Below, in pieces: positions 58,368 to 64,000 of a stretch of DNA of 64,000 bases. The notes under the pieces were generated by a model, which worked only from the letters and a program-made list of their open reading frames with translations, searched no databases and had not been told where the DNA came from. Made by a program: the position numbers and the translations under genes. The DNA lies in contig NC_043019.1 of assembly GCF_006345805.1 (NCBI RefSeq), forward strand, positions 10,043,360 to 10,107,359, read 5' to 3'. Positions within the stretch are counted from its first letter, which is position 1; each line of letters begins with the position of its first letter. The DNA comes from Octopus sinensis (Eukaryota).

Positions 58368-61300
58368 GTTTCCGAAATGGCTTTTTTTTGTCAAATAAAT
58401 CCTACTCAAAAGTTAATAATCAACCTCAGGCAATGGCAGAAGACACTGGTCCAAAGTGACACAATGGAATTGATTCCAGAAATACATGTTACTGAACCAA
58501 ATTTCTTAACTGCACAACTATCATCATCATCATTTAACATCCGTTGTCCATGCTGGCATGGGTTAGATGGTTTGACAGGGGCTGGTAAGCTGAGGAGTTG
58601 CACAAGACTCCAGCCTAATTTGGCATTGGTTTCTATGGCTGGATGCCCTTCCTAACGCCAACCACTCCAAGAGTGTAATGAGTACTTTTACGTGCCACTG
58701 GTATGGGTGCCATTTGTATGACACCAGTATCTGCCATGACTGCGATTTTGCTCAGCTTGATGGGTCTTCTTCTCAAGCACGACATAATGCCAAAGTCTTG
58801 ATCATTGCCTCAGTGAGGCCCAATGCTCAGAAGGTGCTCTTTACATACCATCGGCATGGGTGCCAGTTACGTGACACCAGCATCGGCCATGACTATGATT
58901 TCACTTGGCTTGACAGGTCTTCTGAAGCATAGCATATCACCAAAAGGCTCGGTCACTAGTCATTGCCTCTGTGAGGCTCATGGTTTGAAGATCTAAGGCC
59001 CTTCAATTCTAGACCTTGCTTCCATACCTAGAACTTCTTCCCTAGTTCTGGTAGTGATTCAGCTATAAGAACAAGGTCATCAGAACAGAGGAGCTCCCAG
59101 GGGCAGCCTGTCTTGAATTCCTCAGTTACTGCCTGAAGGACTATAATGAACAAGAGGGGGCTTAGCACTGATCCTTGGTGAATTCCCTACTTGTACCCTA
59201 AATTCTTCGCTGTACTCATTACCAACCATCACCTTACTGGTAGCATCTCCATACATAGCTTGTACAACTCTCACCAACCACTCATGTATCCCTAGTTTCT
59301 ACATTGACCACCAGATAAAGGATCAGGGGACCCTGTCAAAGGCTTTCTCCAAGTCAACGAAGGCCAAGTAAAGAGGTTTATCTTTGGTTATGTATTTCTC
59401 CTGAAGTTGTCTTACCAGAAATATAGCATCAGTGGTGCTTCTCCCTGGTACAAAACTAAATGCATCTTATCTAAGTTAACTATCTCCCTAGTTAGTTGGG
59501 CTATAACTCTCCACCATGCCCGTGCAATTTCCTTGTATAATTCTAAGCATTATCTTGTTTCTAATGTGGCTGTCTTTAGAAAAGTAACAGAATCAGATTT
59601 CCAACTGTTCTGCCCAGTTCAAATGGTTTAATCATGTCTGCCCTGTAAGTCTATGTTTACCATTCAATGAGGAAAATAAACTCAACTCAATCTCAGAACT
59701 TGCAAGTGTCAAATTTTATTGCAAGCTATTAAAACTTGCTGGTGTTAAACTGCTGTCACAGATTACAGTAGTGTGATTTCTCACTTTGTGGAACCCTCTT
59801 AAAGCTTTTTTTTCTTATCTGAGCTAGAGGAAGATGGGCAGTGTCCTTCAGCTTTTTATAGAGCCTTTGTTACTGGTGCAAGAAGTGGGGAAAGCTCTTC
59901 AAACTCTAATAACACAAACATATTCTGAATACTTGATGAAGAGTGAATTCAACTGAATGTACCCAAGGGACAGGTGGTAAAGTTAAACTAGGCAACAGCT
60001 AACAGTCAGACTCAGCCTGCGGTTATTCCTCTCAATGTTAGTATAACGATACTACACTCTATGTATAAAATACTTACTTTACAGCCTGCTGTAAGTTCTC
60101 AATGTTTGACATGTAGAAATTTAACCAACGTCTAATCTGAACAGGTGAAAGCAGCAGAACAGGATTTACAGTTTCTTTACAATTTTTGATATATTTTTGA
60201 CGATCACGTAGAATACCAAACAAGCCCTAAGGATGCAGAAAAAAAGAAGAAAAAAAAAAAGAATAGAATATCAAATATTGTCAGTTTAAAAATCAAATCA
60301 AAAGTAAGAACCTGGATAATTAATTTATTACAACCATAAATTTTGGGGAAGGGTTATAATTGATTATGTCAACTCCAATATTTAACTGGTCCAACATTTT
60401 ATTGCCTCACCACTCTCAGAAATACAAACGGTAAAGTTGACTTTACTAGAGAAAGGAGTTGAAGATAAGTTTACAATAATAAGCATTTTAAGGTCATTTT
60501 TTCACACCAAACAGCAAAGGTGGTTCCCTTTGCAGCAGCTCATCACAGTCTCCTCCATTTTGCTCTACTCTCTACCTTCCCTACTGACAAAAAACCCATT
60601 TACCCTCAGTTTTTTACCACCTCACCCTCAGTCATATCTTTCTTGCTCTTCCCTTTCCTATACAACTACATTCAGCATTTATTTCCATCACTCTTCTCAA
60701 TCACTGCCGTCTTTCCCCAGCATATGATCCTGCCATCTCCTTTCACAACATCCATCACTAGCTCCAAATCCATCATCCTCTGAAATTCATTGTTTGTGGT
60801 TTTTGTTAGTCTAAATATCCAGCAGTATTTCGTTTCAACCCCTCTGTATTCTGAGTTAAAACCATACCTGAGTAGTCTTTGCCTTTTATCCCACGTTCTC
60901 TCTTCAGCTATGTATCGTGATTGATTTAATCAACTGTAAACCCCACCACATTCCTTTCACTATAAATCTCCAGATATCAGAAAAATATTATTATTAATAG
61001 GAGTTGAGAGAATCAGTTGAGTGTTGGACCAAATAAACAGAATTATTTAGTTTTGTCTCATTTCCAGATCAAATGTCACCTGAGTTGACTTTTGCTTTTT
61101 TCACCTTTCAGTAATGAATAAAATAAAATAGCAGTCAAATAAAGGAATCAGCTTAATCATCCATTCCTGTAAATTAGTCAACTTCACTGATAAATAAAAA
61201 TAAGTAATGATCAAATACTGGAATTGATTTACCCAATGACAACTTCTCTCTTACAAATCAACATTTAACTCTGAAATTCCTATGGTGTTGCCTTCTCCCT

Positions 61301-63857
61301 AGAAATCTCCCAATCCCAATGTGGTTTTTCAATAGTTCTTGTTCATTTTTACTTGTCAACTGCTCAGTTGAATAAAGGTGTGTCAATTATATGCAGGTGA
61401 TACTGATTCTTGGGCACTGAATTCCTGTCTTACAGCTGAATTTATCTCAGTAGTCTATGTAACTTGGAAGCTGCACATCTAGCATCAGAAAAAACAGTCC
61501 CAGATATGCTTTCATCTCCTCCATTGATAAACTGAAGGTGATGTCGACCTATTGATGCTGCACAAACCTTCAGGCCTCTTTGCTCATCCAGACAGAAATT
61601 TCCCCAAGGAAAAGTTGAGGAAAATACTCAATGGACTTTGCCTCGAAGTTGAAAGGTTTTCTTGTACGGGGCACATCACTAACAAAAGCACCAATGAAAT
61701 CATTAACTATGCAGTCATTTCACTCCTGTTCAGAACTGATAAATTCTCATCATCGTTATTTAATGCGTGCATCTTCAGTCTTCCATGCTGGTGTGGGTTG
61801 GATGATTCAACAAGGTGTGACAAGCCAAAGGATAACATCAAATGGCAATACCTGCTTTGACATGGTTTCTGTGGCTGGATGGCCTTCCTAACACCAACCA
61901 GTTGGAAGAGTCATAAAAGGATGAGTTGAGTGGGAAGGTTTCATAAAGACAGATTAGGTGGAGGAGCACAGACCTAAATGACATGCTTTAAGGGCCTCAT
62001 TTTTGCTGAGACGGATGCGTCTTCTTGAGCACAGCATGTCACCAATCATCTCAGTTGTTTCTCATCACCTTCATGAGGCTCAACATCTTCAGATTGGCCT
62101 TTACTACTTTCTTCCATGTCTCCCTGAATTTCTCACTTCCACAAGCTATATCCATTTAGCAAATGACACTTCTTTATACACCTATCCTCTTCCATCCACA
62201 CCACACGACCATATATACACTACACCTAATGACTCTTATGCCCAATTTTTATCTCAGCATTTGCACATGCACACTGACACTGCACATGTAGCAGAACAGG
62301 TTAGCTTCATTTCTTTCTAGTCTTTGCATTTCCTCTGCATTCACAGCTTCTTAACATGTAGCATTGCTGTTCATACATAAGCATAATACAATCTGCCTTT
62401 CGGTCTGAGAAACAGACTTTGTTACCAACAGAGTTAACAGCTTCCTGAATTTTTCCACTTGGTTCTCATTCTGGAAGTATATCTGTCATAACATCCTCTT
62501 CCATCGTTAATTAGGTTATCAAGGTAAAAGAAACTCTCAACTACTTCGAAGGATCTTCTTGGGTTTTTGAGAAAATTTATTTCCTTTGTGTTCTTGGTGT
62601 TTATTGTTTCAATGCTTCTACCACAAAGTTCTCTGTTAAGCAGCCAATGATTCTACTGCAACTCTTATGTATCCACTGTTTTCACTGAAAACACCATACG
62701 GAATATCTACCTGTACCTTTTCTACATACCAAACATCCATTTATCTGAAGGGATTAGCGTCCTGTCTGTTTCCCTACTAACCAGAACTTTAGTCTTAAGT
62801 TAACTTTAAGGCCCTTTGATTACTTGGTATTTCTTTTGTAATTCTACTACAGATTTAGTTCTATGAACAGAGGAATTGCCACAGGCAACCAATCTTAAAT
62901 GATCTAATCAGAATCACTTAACATTGGTGTGAAAAGACTCGAAAATATTACTCTGATTATTTCCTCAAAGTCCAAATTGTCTTTCTCCAATTAAATTATT
63001 AAAAAATAAATAAATCAATAATATCACTAAATTTTAACTATTCTGAAACTGAAGAAAAAAAAAATTCTGATACTTTTACTATTGAAAATCCAAATGTACA
63101 ATCTTCACCGTTATTAACATAAAATTCCAAAACATCTGTGAAATGTATTCCTACAATGCTGCAATGCCACCTCTAGCATAGGCACAACTATGCTTACCTA
63201 ATTGTTGATGATGTTATCTGCTTCTCAAATGCATTGGTCCCTTTCTATTGCACCAACTGCTGTGCATTTTCTTATTCTACCTTCATAATCCTATTACCTC
63301 ACAACAGTAGAAAATTGCCAGTGAATTGTTCAAAAAAGATGATCACACATTATTTATCAATTATCATTTTTGAGGAAGATCATTCTAAAATTAGGTGAAA
63401 CATTGTTCCTTGCACAAAAGAGTGCTTGGTTCTTGTTTCTTAGTCCCAAACCACAAAACTTCTTCAACTGCAGTTATGTGTGGCTCAAGACCTGGTACTA
63501 CTGCTTAATGAATTCATTACAACCTAAGAATGGTTGTTTTGATTAATATTTGTTATAAGAAACAATGTGGTTAGCAAAAGACAAGTATAAGAATCATAGA
63601 TTTTCTTGAAAAAGTCAAGACGAGAGAAGTATGAAGGTTATGGTAACATAAACAAAAAAACCATTATCACGACTAATAAGAGAAACTATCAAGAAATTCT
63701 CTTGAAGCAACATACCATGTGGTGATCAGCATGCATATGAGAAATGAAAATGGCTTTCAGATTGCGTAGGATGTGGGCAGAATTTTCTTCACCATAATGC
63801 CGATAAAGTTGACCAGCAGTTCCTTCTCCACAGTCTAACAATACGTAGTTGTCTGGC
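48782..63857 (-). CDS. ELAC2: tRNase Z (ELAC2), last 7 coding exons; 5' part outside window
   Basis: Exons join in phase to give [18 protein letters not shown] (HxHxDH), [33 protein letters not shown], then the stop codon. Confidence 0.96.
49945..50350 (-). mobile_element. Two tandem tRNA-derived SINE copies
   Basis: Twice ...gtcgacct(t/c)ggcagaatttgaactcagaac, the reverse complement of the 39574 family. Confidence 0.8.
50760..51000 (-). mobile_element. RTE LINE fragment (endonuclease N-terminus)
   Basis: [27 protein letters not shown]...[16 protein letters not shown]. Confidence 0.8.
51779..51923 (-). CDS. ELAC2: ELAC2 exon (HST / HFSQRY)
   Basis: cag|(S)[48 protein letters not shown]|gtaagt; 145 nt, phase 2-0. 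Confidence 0.96.
52330..53239 (+). mobile_element. RTE LINE 3' portion with UTR repeats and (GAT)n tail
   Basis: [16 protein letters not shown]...AMLRGSETW...RLERNEASM; ~40-bp repeats at 52990-53150; tail at 53231-53239. Confidence 0.82.
54559..54637 (-). CDS. ELAC2: ELAC2 exon (HEAT motif)
   Basis: cag|(G)[25 protein letters not shown](S)|gtgaga; 79 nt, phase 1-2. Confidence 0.96.
55190..55920 (+). mobile_element. Decayed RTE LINE fragment interrupted by a second RTE 3' end
   Basis: [11 protein letters not shown]...; similar to 52330-52900 on both sides of the 55656-55837 insert. Confidence 0.7.
55656..55837 (+). mobile_element. 3' end of a different RTE-clade LINE encoding a C-terminal C2H2 zinc finger
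   Basis: [17 protein letters not shown] / [22 protein letters not shown] (55724-55792) followed by a short 3' UTR; GC/CpG-rich against the background. Confidence 0.7.
57287..57407 (-). CDS. ELAC2: ELAC2 exon (SGDT motif)
   Basis: tag|[40 protein letters not shown]|gttagt; 121 nt, phase 0-1. Confidence 0.96.
57657..57747 (-). CDS. ELAC2: ELAC2 exon
   Basis: cag|[30 protein letters not shown]|gtaaga; 91 nt, phase 2-0, fits both neighbours. Confidence 0.85.
57888..58138. repeat. 31-bp minisatellite x8 (CAAGTTAATATTTCCCCTAATCCTTTTCATG)
   Basis: Unit starts at 57896, 57927, 57958, 57989, 58020, 58051, 58082, 58113; near-identical. Confidence 0.97.
58520..59560 (-). mobile_element. Decayed 5'-truncated RTE LINE (same family as 23768-25690)
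   Basis: (CAT)n tail at 58520; 59000-59540 is clearly similar to the RT fragment at 25140-25690. Confidence 0.85.
60078..60226 (-). CDS. ELAC2: ELAC2 exon
   Basis: tag|[49 protein letters not shown]|gtaagt; 149 nt, phase 0-2. Confidence 0.9.
63716..63857 (-). CDS. ELAC2: ELAC2 exon (motifs I and II, HxHxDH)
   Basis: cag|[47 protein letters not shown]|gtatgt; 142 nt, phase 2-0. Confidence 0.97.
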
Positions 63858-64000
63858 CTGTAAACAAAATAAAAAGATTGGGAGAGAGTGAAAAAATAAT
63901 GATGAAGGGTAGATTTGTTCACAACTTATCATTTAAAATGCATTTTTACCTCAGTGAATAGAATACATAATAAAATGAACAGCAAAACTAGAATAAGGTC

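Overview
AT-rich, repeat-dense animal DNA. The SINE/LINE families and microsatellites suggest an octopod cephalopod (inference, no database search). I reconstructed three genes by hand from splice sites and reading-frame phase. (1) INTS9, minus strand, 17 coding exons from ATG 40103 to 916 (526 codons); the 3' end runs off the left edge. (2) RSAD1, a HemW-like radical SAM protein on the plus strand (41303-42637), intronless in its CDS and head-to-head with INTS9 across 1.2 kb. (3) The last 7 exons of ELAC2/RNase Z, minus strand, 63857-48782. Introns hold RTE and CR1 LINE fragments, SINEs, a mariner-type transposon, a small Helitron and several foldback elements. The best find is in INTS9 intron 7: a ~900-bp near-perfect inverted repeat, probably a Penelope-like element remnant, whose arms each carry an intact-looking minimal type I hammerhead ribozyme, one in the sense of the INTS9 pre-mRNA. 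Decayed hammerhead-shaped motifs recur in a ~290-bp tandem array (13.8-14.6 kb) and in two other foldback elements. Exon and ribozyme coordinates were read to the base; repeat boundaries are approximate (about +/-20 bp).
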